A DNA stretch of 64,000 nucleotides from Sphyrna mokarran (Eukaryota). Location: positions 110,298,001 to 110,362,000 of the forward strand of contig JAGIQG010000009.1 of assembly GCA_024679065.1 (NCBI GenBank), in the 5' to 3' direction. The notes under the pieces are model-generated. The model did no database searches. It had not been told where the DNA came from and was given only the letters and a program-made list of their open reading frames with translations. How positions within the stretch are numbered: the stretch's first letter is position 1; each line of letters starts with the position of its first letter. Below, one piece after another: positions 25,219-37,030 of this stretch. The position numbers and the translations under genes were made by a program.

Positions 25219-25782
25219 GTTAGTTCAAGCGTTCACAATATTAAGTAAGAAATTGTGACCTCCAAGTCCATGGAGACTTAGCTAAAGATGTGCTGGTGTT
25301 CATTAATATTATTCACTTGTATTATCAGTTTGACTCTCAAGTATTTTCTTAAGAATGAATTATCTTTCAAATATTTAAGTTGAAAAAGTGCATTTGCACA
25401 GGTTTAGAAAAGGCTTCCAGCTTTAAAATGGTGGAGCAGGGTCAAAGGGCTGAATGGCCTACTCCTGTTCCTATTTCTTAGATCAGGCTAGCAATTATGT
25501 TTGGTAAGATGGAGGGGGTTCCAGTGTCCGTAGGGGCAGGAAGGTGTTCTTTAATTTCACCAAGTGCGGGAAGGTCCCAATCTGGTTCGCACCAGACATA
25601 CCAGTTTTCTCACCCAAAATGACACTCAGTCATTTTTGGGAAAATTCTATCCCTAATCTTTTATTAGAGGAGCCCAATTTGTCATGTTGATGGTAATTAA
25701 TGGTTTACAATTAATGTTGCATTATCGCAATATATTTCAATCGATTTGCCTTGTATTGATAATTGATGATGTCTACCTGCAG

Positions 25783-26067
25783 GTGTTGGACAACAGCCTT
25801 GGATTCACCTGGAAGGAACCAATAGTCAAGGAGTTCATCTTGAGTGTAAATCAGATGGATGGTATCCGAAGCCGAGTGTGAAATGGTTGGATGGGAATGG
25901 ACAATCCATCACAACACAACCTGTGACCACACATCAGAAAGACTCCAATGGCCTTTTCACCGTCACGACTCAAATTGACGTAACAAGCGATTCTATGAAC
26001 AGATTCTCCTGTCTAATGCAAAACAGTCTATTGAACAAAGAGGAAGAAGCCCATCTCCAGCTACCAG
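25783..26067 (+). CDS. Butyrophilin-like protein, IgC exon
   Basis: GVGQQPWIHLEG...LECKSDGWYPKPSVKWLD...GLF.V...FSCLMQNSLL; ctgcag| ... |gtatgt; 285 bp. Confidence 0.93.
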
Positions 26068-26889
26068 GTATGTAAGCAGCCATTTTGCGTTCACTCCTGT
26101 CTAAAACTACTGACTCACAGGGTATCAGTCTCCCTCTGGTACGCTTCCTGATGTTATATGTGGGATCGTGTGGATTATGATACCATTAACCGAGCACGGC
26201 AGATTTTCTCATATGCTGGTGCTTGGAAGATATTTGAACATAGCTTTCATTAGTGATGTAACTTTTGTTGCCTTCTTATCGATAAGGAGAGGAGAACTGG
26301 AGAGTCCTGAGGCTTTTTCAGTCTGCTCTGCTCAATTGTGTACAGTTAACCTTTTTTTTATAGGGTATTTCTTACAACTTCTACTAAAGATAATTGTTTC
26401 TAGTCACGCACACCATTAAATTATTTACATATGATACATAGAGGTAGGTCCGAGACAGTTGCTGTTTAATCACATCCTATTGGTAGTATCATATTGGTAG
26501 TATCCTATTGGTAGTATCATAATCATTGATGGATGGATGAAATGGTCAGTTAATGATGCCTTTATTACAGTTTCAATGCTGTTAGCAAGGATAATTGGCT
26601 ATATCTTGTTGATAGATGTAGTGAAACATCCTCCTTTGTCTGCGTTGTCTATTTCATGTATATGCAGAGACAGCCAGTTTACAGTGAGGGTGCTGCTGCT
26701 GATACACTAATTTTCCTGGCCCCTAGCTGACAACCTACTTAGTCCCCTCTCCGTCACATATCCATGCACACAAATGCACATGATCCAGCAGAGGTCACAG
26801 ACTAATGATCTTACACAGGAAAGATTGTATTTTTTTTCTCTCTCCTCCTGGGCTTCCCCTATGTTGTCCTGGCTGTGACCTGATCACTT

Positions 26890-27129
26890 GTGATGTACAG
26901 ATGCCGGCGTTGGATTGGGGTGGTAAGAACTCAGTAAGAATTTAGCAACACCAATTTATAATCCAACCGATTTATTTGATAGTAAAAAAGCGAGCTTTCG
27001 ACTCCTGTGTCTTCAGGCAAATGGCATTTGCCTGAAGAAGACACAGGAGTCAAAAGCTCGCTTTTTTACTATCAAATAAATCGGTTGGATTATAAATTGG
27101 TGTTGCTAAATTCTTACTGAGTTCTTACC
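26890..27129 (-). mobile_element. Penelope-derived foldback insertion (arms 26922-27023 / 27025-27129, tail on the left)
   Basis: Arms are reverse complements except one 3-bp indel and one substitution; 1-nt loop; TSD acctgatcactt at 26878-26889 and 27127-27138. Confidence 0.92.
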
Positions 27130-27812
27130 TGATCACTTAGCAGAGATGAGCAGAATTGGGATCTTTTGGTTAAATGCCTCCTTTATGCTGCAGTTTAAGC
27201 AACTGTGGAAATCACAATTCAATTGACTTCTTTGGTTCCTTGTCTTGCCCCATTGTAATTATATTCAAGTCGATGCTTGATTCACCCGCATCAATATGTA
27301 GTGCTCTTTTGAGCATTATCAATTGGCAAGCTTCTAATTTCCATTGATTATTGTTTAATTCCTTGCACTAGTTTGCACGCTATTTATTGTGTGACTCCAA
27401 TTTTCCTCTATCCCAGGCATCAATCAATGCTCTTTATAAACTAGATGTCCATTGACCAGCTGACTAGATTGAGCCAATTCTGCCACAGTTTAAGTAAATG
27501 CTCGAATTTCTGATGATGTTATGGGCACTTTGAGTCAGAAATGGGTTCAATGATGTTGACATCTCCAATCAAATTTGGGGCCTCCGAAGGTGTGTGGGTT
27601 AGATTGATTGGCCATGCTAAAATTGCCCCTTATGTTCTGAGATGCGAGGGATTAGTGGGTAAAATATGTAGAGATATGGGGGTAGGGCCTGGGTGGGATT
27701 GTGGTTAGTGCAGACTCAAGGACTAAATGGCCTTTTTCTGTACTGTAGGGTTTCTGTGATTTCTAAGGTTCATATTTCTGATCATTGATTTTATTTCTCT
27801 TTCACTCTGCAG

Positions 27813-27932
27813 AGGCATTCTTTCCCAAGGTTAATCCATGGCTGGTAATTTTCTGGGTGTTTGTAGGCCTTGTGATTGCCGTCATTGTTCTCGATATAAT
27901 ATTCCACAGAAGAAAACGTAAAATGATTAAAG
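27813..27932 (+). CDS. Butyrophilin-like protein, transmembrane exon
   Basis: EAFFPKVNPWLVIFWVFVGLVIAVIVLDIIFHRRKRKMIK: BTN-type FFP..PW, hydrophobic span, basic stop-transfer; phase 1-1; 120 bp. Confidence 0.9.
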
Positions 27933-29253
27933 GTATGATCATAGGTAGCAGTTCAACATTATTGCTGTAAAAAGACTGTAAAATGCTTTGTAGGCAACAT
28001 CCTTTGAAATGAAAATGGATGTGGGCACTGGTGATATTGATCAACAATTAAATACCCCTGTCATTCCATGTGGGGCACATGATGTAGTAAGTGAGAAATC
28101 ACAATTCTGTCTATTTTGCTGTCTCAACCACCTTCACTTTCGCTACTTCAAAGTTTGACACACTTTATCTCAGTGGCAAAGAAGAACCACTGCTGTGTTT
28201 TTATATGACTTTGGATTGTTGGATTCTAGAAATAACAATATTACCTATTTACGTAGCATCTTTGCTGTAGTCAAACTTGCTACACAACTGCACATTGACA
28301 TGGTGTGTAGAATATATATAGATGTATATGTACATACATCCAGATGGAGATATATGAGAGAACAGGCAGTGGACCATAGAGCAGGAGGGCCAGAATTATT
28401 GTCAGAACGTGAGGCGAATGTGGTGCTTTGGGTTAGACAGCTTGGTTCCCTCAAAAAACCATAACAACAGTGCTATACAGTAATTAAATGGAATACAGAA
28501 CTAAACTGCAATATTATTTGACTCGTGGGATATTGTAAGGATTCAGAAGTTCGTTATTAACAATGTGGAGCCTATTATGCCAACACCGTCCAAATTTGAT
28601 CTGATTTTTACCTTAGTGACGTTCTGAATTGAGGTATGTGGTTAGCTCATTATCATCACTATCATTAGAACATTAGACAGAGGTGAAATGTATGAACTCT
28701 ATGGAAGGTCATGAGTTCAATTCCCATTGCAGACACAAGCCTAAACTTATAATTCAGTAGAATACTGAGAAAGTGCTGCACTGTTGATGGCTTCATTGGC
28801 ATTAAACCATGTCTGCCCCTCAGGTGAACACAAAAGACCCCATACCTATTATTCAGAGAAAAACGAGGGACTTCTCCCTGAGTTTTTGACTGGCATTTAT
28901 TCCACAATCAGCTTAAAACAACCCGATCATTTCATTTCTATTTGTGGGATCTTGCTGTGCTGTAAATGGCTGCCATTTTTGAAAGTAGTTAAATGATTGT
29001 AAAGCAATTTGGATGATCTGAAGATGTGAAGGGGACTAAACAAATGCAAATTCTTTCTTTGGTCAAGATTTTAAAACCCAAGTGGAGTAGGATTTTAAAA
29101 ATTAATATATTTGTTCAGAGTGTCAGTCAATTATCTTTAAGATTTATTCCATTGATACAATAAGAAGGGTTTTAAATGTGTACCCAGTATTTCTTTATAG
29201 GTTGTGACAGAATCTCTCTCACACTAACACATTCTTATGTTCTTGACTTCCAG

Positions 29254-29280
29254 AACTACAACTGTTTTGCACTTTGGAAG
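29254..29280 (+). CDS. Butyrophilin-like protein, 27-bp juxtamembrane exon
   Basis: ttccag|AACTACAACTGTTTTGCACTTTGGAAG|gtaagc; (E)LQLFCTLE; phase 1-1; 21/27-bp mini-exons are typical of BTN genes. Confidence 0.75.
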
Positions 29281-29739
29281 GTAAGCTATCCTAATCATTC
29301 CAATACTGAATCAGAAAGATCTGTTTTTATGACTTTAGATTTTGAATATGAACTGTTTTAATTCCATGTATATTTTCATAAGTATGGAAAGCTATTGGAT
29401 GAAAGCGGGGGGAAAACACTATTCTGATGGCTTGCATCTGAGAATGCTAAGAGATGTTTGGAAATAGTAGTGGCTCTGACTGTTGTCTTTTCGACACCTA
29501 TGAATATGGAGGCTGTGCCTGAAAAATGCAGTGGGGATGGAGTGAGAGGTTGGAGGGAGTGGGGAGTGTGCTAAATGCTTGGTTCAAATAACTAAAAGGA
29601 AAAAAAAATCAGGTACCTACTGACCAGCAAGTCTAACATTAGAGCAAGTCAGCTTGTTGAGTCCATGAGATTAACACCACAAAAAGAGATGTGGGATAAT
29701 CAAGATTTCCTCATATTAGTTTACAAAGTTTAAGTTATC

Positions 29740-30146
29740 ACTTTTGGCCCATTGAGTCTGCACCAACTCTTATCCAGGCTTACTCCATAACCCCACTTAT
29801 TAACTCTGCTAATTCCCCTAACCTATGCATCTTGGGACACAAAGGAGAAATTTATTATGGTTACCCCGCCTCCTTTCAACCTGCACAACTATGAACACTA
29901 GGGGGCAATTTAATACGGCCAATCCCCTTAACCTGCCCATCTTTGGGCACTAAGGGGCAAGTTATCATGGCCAATCCACCTAACCTGCGCATCTTTGGAT
30001 TGAGAGGAAACTGGAGCTCCCGGAGGAAACCCACACAGATACAGGGAGAATGTGCAATCTCCACACAGAACGTGCTCCAAAGCCAGAATCAAAACTGGGC
30101 CCCTGGTGCTGCGAGACAGCAGTGCTAACCACTGTGCCACCCTGCC
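29740..30146 (-). mobile_element. V-SINE with internal tandem subunits
   Basis: Head reversed at 30090-30146; V-domain 29995-30065; repeated ~50-bp subunit. Confidence 0.75.
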
Positions 30147-30994
30147 ACCTTATGACAAATTTAAGAGTTCTTTGAGAAAAGATTGGCACGCACACAGCTG
30201 TACTGGAGGGTTGCTGATCAAGTTAAAGTATGAGATATTAGAAGTGTGTGTAGGAAGAAGAAGTGGTTAAAATTAGTGTGAACAAGTTCATCTTTCTTTA
30301 TTTTGGATGAAATTAATGCAGAGATGGATAATTCAGAGGCTCAAATTTGGTACCATTGGTTAATTATTGAAACTAACGAATAACATACAAATTGGAAAGA
30401 TGGTTCACTGTAAAGGGGGACTGTAATTGATGGAAGATATGGAAACACAGCTTTTCTTGTACACGGGATCATTGGTATGACTGCAGTCGCTAAGTCGTAG
30501 CCTCCGTGGAGTGATAACTGCTGTCAGATTGCCACTCCATTCTCTGTTCTTTACCCTGATGTGCAGCTACACCTTTCTTGTTTGAGCTTACAACTCAGGT
30601 TGGGTGAGAAAGGTACAGTGCTGCTGTCCAGAAATTCTCTCAGTCAACTGCAACAGAGTCAAGAGCAGAGAATCAGGAGGTTCCGTGGTGATTGGGTGGG
30701 TGCCAGAACTATGGTTATCCAGAAATTTTAATTCTTTTAACATTTTCTAAGTGGAACTATTATTGTAAAATAGTTCAAAGCATCTGAAGTTTGCGATTTG
30801 AAATCGGAGTTTCTGGTGGTTTCTGTTGAGGGGCAGTTGTCTAATGGAAGTTTGAACTATCGTGCAGTCCATTGCAGACTGGTGAAAGGAAAATATTCCT
30901 CATTCTTCATTTGCAACAGTGAGATTGACTTGATTTTATTTGACATTCAGTGATGGAAAAGCAATGTGTCAAAATATTGTTGTTATATTTGCAG

Positions 30995-31021
30995 GTTATG
31001 ACAACTTTGAAATCAATTATC
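30995..31021 (+). CDS. Butyrophilin-like protein, second 27-bp juxtamembrane exon
   Basis: ttgcag|GTTATGACAACTTTGAAATCAATTATC|gtgagt; (G)YDNFEINY; phase 1-1. Confidence 0.75.
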
Positions 31022-32090
31022 GTGAGTATAAACCTGTAATACATCATCTTGTGTACTGTGCCTTTATTATAGTAAAACATCTAAAGTCACTTAATTGGAA
31101 CATTATCAAAGAAAAATTAGTATTTTTTAATAGGATTGCTTGTTTAGAGGTAGGTTATATGTGGAATTATGATGATGGAGAGGTTTAAAGAGGAAATTCA
31201 AGAAGGGAGGCAGCTGAAGGCATAAGTGTCCAAACTGAAGCCATTAAACATTCTCAAGAGGCAAGAATGGGAGGAATGTTAAGTTTGAATATTATAGAGC
31301 AAGGAGGCAATGGTGGGATTTAAACACTAGGATGAGAATTTTAAGTTCAGGCAGTGCTAACTGCAAATGTAATTATGTTCAATTTCTATTTGTGACACTG
31401 CCCTACTATATATTAATCTCCTCCTCAACAGCACCCTGTGTTGATCTAACACCATTGAAACAAATGCATGTTTTTGAATGTTTTGACTTGTGTTCTAATT
31501 CTTAGTTGTGAGTTGAAAAAGGATAAAGCCAGAGCCAATCTTTACTCAGTTTACATTTATTCACAAAGTGAAACATTTCAAGTATATAATTCTTAACCTA
31601 ACTCATGCCTGTGTGAGTAGGTATCTCTTTAGTACTCAAATAAGAGCCCCGTCCCCCTGCATATATTTAAAGATAATTGATTCCAGCCCTGCTATTTTCG
31701 ATCTCTTATTTTAATTTTATGGCATCTTTCCTATAATCTGCTTTTGGAAGCATGGATTGCCAAACTGTAATTAATTGTTTATTGAATTGACAATGTCCTA
31801 CTAATCAAATTTATTATTTGTATCTGCATAAAAGGACACCCATTTAAAACAATGAATATTGTTTAAGTATCTCGTGACACAAGATACTTTTGCTCACACT
31901 ATTGTTCACAGTGACACTGTGTGCATTGACATTCCAACTACATTCCCTGCAGTGACACTGTATGGAGTGACATTCCTACTACCTCCCTCCAGTGACACTG
32001 TGTGCAGTGACATTCCTACTACCTCCCTCCACTGACACTGTATGCAGTGACAGTCCAATTATCCTTCCTCCACTGACACTGTGTGCAGTG

Positions 32091-32355
32091 AGAACTCAGT
32101 AAGAATTTAGCAACACCAATTATTAATCCAACCGATTTATTTGATAGTAAAATAGCGAGCTTTCAACACTCCCGTGTCTTCATCAGGCAAGTGCAGTGTT
32201 CTGGTCAGAACACTGCACTTGCCTGATGAAGACACGGGAGTGTTGAAAGCTCGCTATTTTACTATCAAATAAATCGGTTGGATTAATAATTGGTGTTGCT
32301 AAATTCTTACTGAGTTCTTACCACTCCAATCCAACGCCGGCATCTTTACATCATG
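32091..32355 (+). mobile_element. Penelope-derived foldback insertion (perfect 113-bp arms 32091-32203 / 32206-32318, tail on the right)
   Basis: Exact reverse complement with 2-nt loop GT; tail 32319-32355; TSD actgtgtgcagtg at 32078-32090 and 32356-32368. Confidence 0.95.
32223..32252 (+). ncRNA. Minimal hammerhead ribozyme core (Penelope type); mirror copy on the - strand at 32157-32186
   Basis: CUGAUGA-A-[GACAC GGGA GUGUU stem II, GNRA loop]-GAAA-GC-UC; palindromic AGCU helix III; stem I only ~2 bp (GC/GC). Activity untested. Confidence 0.7.
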
Positions 32356-32869
32356 ACTGTGTGCAGTGACATTCCAACTACCATCCACCCAGTGACACTG
32401 TGTGGAGTGACATTACAACTTTTGTCATCCTGTAATGCGCGAACAACCCTTCCTCGTGATATTAGGTAATAGTGACTTTAACCATACTACTCCCTGTGAC
32501 ACTGGGTGCTATCTGTGACATTGGGTTCTCCCTGTGACCCTGGATAAAGTGTGACTTATCCGATGGAACAGTGTTTTGCACTTGTTGGATGTTTATTTCT
32601 GTACATTGGGAAAATTCCCTTTGTGCCTCAAATGGGAAATCTGCTGGAAACACCGAACTCGGTGAAAGCATTGAAAATACCTGATCTTTGGAATTAAGAG
32701 CAAAATTTCCCAGTCATTCAGAGAAAATGAATTAAATGAAAGTTTCAGTTCTAAACAGGAATGTTGTGGCTCTCTAAGGGTTTAATAGATTTATTTAATG
32801 TCTAAACATTGAGTTAACCTGCCTGTAACATTGAGTGAATCTCTCTAATACTGCCCTTTCTTCTCCCAG

Positions 32870-33396
32870 CCTCCTTGAACTTGGATAAGGAAACTGTCCA
32901 TTTGAAACTGAAGTTGTCTGAGGATCAGAAAAGTGTCAGATGGACTGGGACGAGTAGTGATCTCCCTGAATCCCGGAAAAGATTTTCTGACATCCCCTGT
33001 GTACTGGCATCAGAGGGATTCACTCAAGGGATACATTACTGGGATGTGGAGGTGACTGGGAATGGTGACTGGGGTGTGGGAGTAGCTAAGGATTCAGATG
33101 ACAGGAAGGGACAAATCGAGCTGAAACCTGAGAATGGATTCTGGACTATTGGGTGGAAGAAAGACCAGCTGGTAGTGAACCAGCCCATCTCATCTGATCT
33201 TACCAACAACAGCCTCAAGAGGATTGGTGTTTATCTTAATTACAAGTCTGGGGCAGTGTCATTTTACAATGCAAGCTCAAAGTGTCATCTCTATACTTTC
33301 CGTGGGAATGAATTCAAAGATAAACTTTACCCCTTATTATATACTTATGAAAATGCATGTCTTAAAATCTGCTCCAGGTCAGGTAAACGTTTCTAG
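32870..33396 (+). CDS. Butyrophilin-like protein, B30.2 (PRY-SPRY) terminal exon
   Basis: ctcccag| phase 1; LNLDKETVH...LSED...VLASEGF..G.HYWDVEV...W.VGV...GFW...IGVYLNY..G.VSFYN; stop 33394-33396; AATAAA 33436-33441. The seven exons sum to 1392 bp (463 aa + stop). Confidence 0.93.
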
Positions 33397-34511
33397 CATC
33401 AGAAGTATTGAAAGTCTGCAACTTCACAAATAGGGAATAAAATTGGGCATGTGTCGGGAATTTAAAGTTTCTAAACAAGATGGGCACATTAGACACACGT
33501 TATATGCTCTGCCCGATATTAAGTGCCATCAATTTGAGTAGATATAATGGACAGAATTCTTGCACTGCAACAACTCATCAAAGCTCCTTTAACAGCACCT
33601 TCCAAACCACTGTCTGCTATCACTTAGACTGACAAAGGCAGCAGACACATGGGAACACCATCGCCTGGAATTCCACTCCAAGACATTCACCATCTTGACT
33701 TGGAAATAAGTCGCTGGGTCAAAATCTGGAACTTCCTCCTTAGTGGCACTGTGGTGTACCTACACTTCATGGATTGCAACACGACCTTCTCAAGAGCAAT
33801 CGGGGATGAGTAATAAAAAAGCTGAGCTAACTGGTGACACCACAAAGCATGAATAAATATAAAAAAAAAACAAATGCTTTTTGACTGCCTGCCATATCTA
33901 CTTTCACCCCCATTCAGATAAAGGCATCATGAAATGAGAATCAATTTGTTTATTTCATAATAGGCAAGGAGGGGATTTTCACAGTAACTTCATTGCAGTG
34001 TTAATGTAAGCCTACTTATGACACTAATAAAAAACTTAAATGTAGAAAATTGTATTTGGAATGTTGGAGAATGTAATTTAGCCCGGAAGCCTGTTCTATC
34101 GTTTAATGACATCATGGCTAATCAGCAAGCTAGCTCCATGAATCCTTTCAAACCGATCAGTCTCAGATTTAAGATTTATTTATTTAGTACCAATTGTCAT
34201 TCGCAGAAGATATTCCAAATCTCTACTATCCTTTGTACACACAAATGTTTCCAAATTTCACTGTTGAATGGTTTATTTTTTTGTATAAGGTGCCACACCT
34301 TGAGCTTGTGTTTTGGAGCACTGCCTCTTGTTCAAGTGGGTGGGAGTTCTGTTCACAAACGGGGCAAATATAGCTACAAGCTCATTTACTGGCTTACCCA
34401 GCTATGTAGCTGATACTTGCATTGCTTTGCAAGCCTTGTACATTTAGCAATCTTATTTCTATTTTTTTAATGTCCTTGCAAAAGGAAACTAAAAATGGTG
34501 GTGTAAAATGC

Positions 34512-34706
34512 AAACAGAAAATGCTGAAAAAAATCAGCAGGCCTGATAGGAGAGAGAAAAACAGAGTGAATGTTTTTTTGAATCTTTCTGATTTACAAAA
34601 GGTTGACTCTGTTTCTATTTCCACAGATGCTGCTAGACTGGTTAAGTTTTTCCAGAATTTTCTGTCTTTGTTTTAGATTTCCGGTATCTGCAGTATTTTG
34701 CTTTTA
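34512..34706. mobile_element. Degenerate inverted repeat with one-sided tail, probably an older Penelope-derived family
   Basis: aaacagaaaatgctgaaaa..cagcaggcctg..gaaaaacagagtgaa pairs imperfectly with ttgactctgtttc..ccacagatgctgctagactg..ttccagaattttctgt; tail 34670-34706; family assignment is from recognition only. Confidence 0.6.
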
Positions 34707-37030
34707 TATTAGTGTTTTGTCCAATGTGCCACTGTGTATTCCTGCTGCCCACACATTGTGACCTCTATTTCTTAACTGTTCTGTTTTAAGAGCTGGAGTG
34801 AAAACTTTGCACTCCTTTAATAGATATTTTACAAAGAAAGTACTGTTCGTTGTTTCTTCCAAGCCATACAAAAGTTGCCACATTCTGGAAACCCTCACTC
34901 GTGGCTGAGATTCTGAAAGCCACTGTACGTGAATGGAATTTTGGCTGGAACACCAAATTCTCCGTTCTCATTTGCAGCAGGGCGGGCATGAACGAGATCA
35001 AAGAATCCCATTCAAAGGGCCGTAGGCTGCTGTCCCACTTTGGGAGACAGGAAGATGAATGGTGAGGATTCCCCCACCTCAAGCGAGGGACAAGGTTGAG
35101 AAGGCAGTGGCTTCATGGATTCACCAATGAATTGAATTGGTGCTGATGGTGTTTCTCTGCACCACTAACCAGCCTTCCAGCCAACTGAGCTAAATTAACA
35201 TCCTACTTGCCACACATCAGTTATAAAACTATGGGTCCCATTAGCAAATTTTTCCTGTCACCATATAAAACACAATTCTGGTCCACATATAAAACACAAT
35301 TCTGGTCCAGTTAGTATTTATAAATAGAAAATGCAGGTGATCCATGTTCTAATGTTTACTTTTTTTTAATCAGACCTTACTTGGAGTATTGTATGCTTGG
35401 AGTACCTTTTCTAAATCAAGTTTATTACATCTATAGATTTGTTTTCATACCATAATATAAACTACATTTCTTGATTAAATTATGAGATTAAATTTTTAAT
35501 TTGTTTCACTGCCTTCTGACAGATAAACTGTAAGAATTATTGTTCTCATTGTTGGATCTCACTTTGTGTTTCCTGCTATTTCCTGAATGTCACAGCTCAT
35601 TTTGTCTGCTTTGTTCTTGGCACACAAAATGTCTATAATTGATGCAAACTAATAGGTTTCTATTAAAAGTAACCTTGAAAACTCTAAGTGACTGATCAAG
35701 AATGAGCCTATTATATTGAATGAAGGACACTTAAAGAATCAAAGGGTTTAAAAGGGAAGAGGAAGACTTTAGTGGAGGGCTATATCTCGCACATTTTTAA
35801 AAAGTGAAATGTATTCATGTTGGCTTCACAGCAAGGCAAAAGATAAAGGGCCATTTTGTAGGCTAAATGTTGGGTTACCAGGTTATGTTGATGGTACCTC
35901 CATTGTTTTACAAACTGTGTATTTTGCTATTTCAGTGGTAGTTTTTAAAGGTGGAAATTATGTAACTGGACAGCTAGTGAATGACCTGTATAAGTATCCC
36001 ATTGGCAAGCTGCATGAATAGTTCCAGTGGATGACTATGGAGACAAAAGTCTCCCAAATTGATAATTGAGAGGACCCTCAGCAAATAGCAATTTCTTTAA
36101 AATTGCAGTAAATTTCAGCAATCCTGGCTGCATAGCAACATTGAAGCAGGAAGTAATCTAATTCAGGAAGTTAATTCAGGGGCAGCACAGTGGTTAGCTG
36201 CGTCACAGCACCAGGGACCTGGCTTTGACCGTCATTGTCTTTGTGGAGTCTGCACATTCTACCATGTCTGCATGGGTTTCCTCCAGGTGCTTTGGTTTCC
36301 TTCCACAGTCCAAAGACAAAAAACAAAGAAAATTACAGCACAGGAACTGGCCATGCTGCCCAACTGAACTAAAACCAGTAAGTCTTTCCCCCGATTCTTG
36401 GGCGTTTCTCCAATGAGTCTCACGCTGGTCCCAAACCATCTCCCCAATGAGTCTCTCCCCGATCCCTAAGCATTGCCTCATGAGTCTCTCCCCAGATCCC
36501 TAACCACCTCTCCAGTGAGACTCTCCCCAGATCCCTAACCACCTCTCCAGTGAGTCTCTCCTCTGATCCTTAATCATTTTCCCAGTGAGTCTCTGATCCC
36601 TAACCATCACCTCAGTGAGTCTCTCCAACAATCTCAAACCATCTCCCCAAGGAGTCTCTCCCTAATGCCTAAGCATCGACCCAGTGAGTCTCACCCCAGT
36701 GAGTCTCTCCCCAGATCCCTAATCACCTCTCCAGTGAATCTCTCCCCGATCCCTAATTATCTCCCCAGTGAGTCTCTGATTCCTAACCATACCTCAGTGA
36801 GTCTCTCCAATGATTCATAACCATCTCCCCAGTGAGTCCCCCCAATTCCTAACCATCTTTCCAGTGAGTCTCTCTCCTCAATCCCTAACCATCTCCCAAG
36901 TGCAATTCTCCCCAATCCCTAACCATCTCCCCTATCAGTCTCTCCCCAATCCCTAAGCATCACCCCAGTGAGTCTCTCCCCAGATCCCTAACTACCTCTC
37001 CATTGAGTCTCTCCCCTGATCCCTAATCAT

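Larger units (their letters stand above)
31905..32420. repeat. 40-bp minisatellite interrupted by the foldback element
   Basis: Unit agtgacactgtgtgcagtgacattcctactacctccctcc at 31911, 31951, 31991, 32031 (variant), resuming at 32356. Confidence 0.9.

Noticed and set aside
32091-32318. Hairpin as a miRNA gene or a DNA-transposon MITE
   Set aside because: The asymmetric tail, 13-bp TSD and homology to the GIY-YIG-bearing element indicate Penelope retrotransposition; small-RNA output is untested.
35262-35309. Exact 24-bp tandem duplication (and a 14-bp triplication at ~26475-26520)
   Set aside because: Ordinary slippage events with no evident function.
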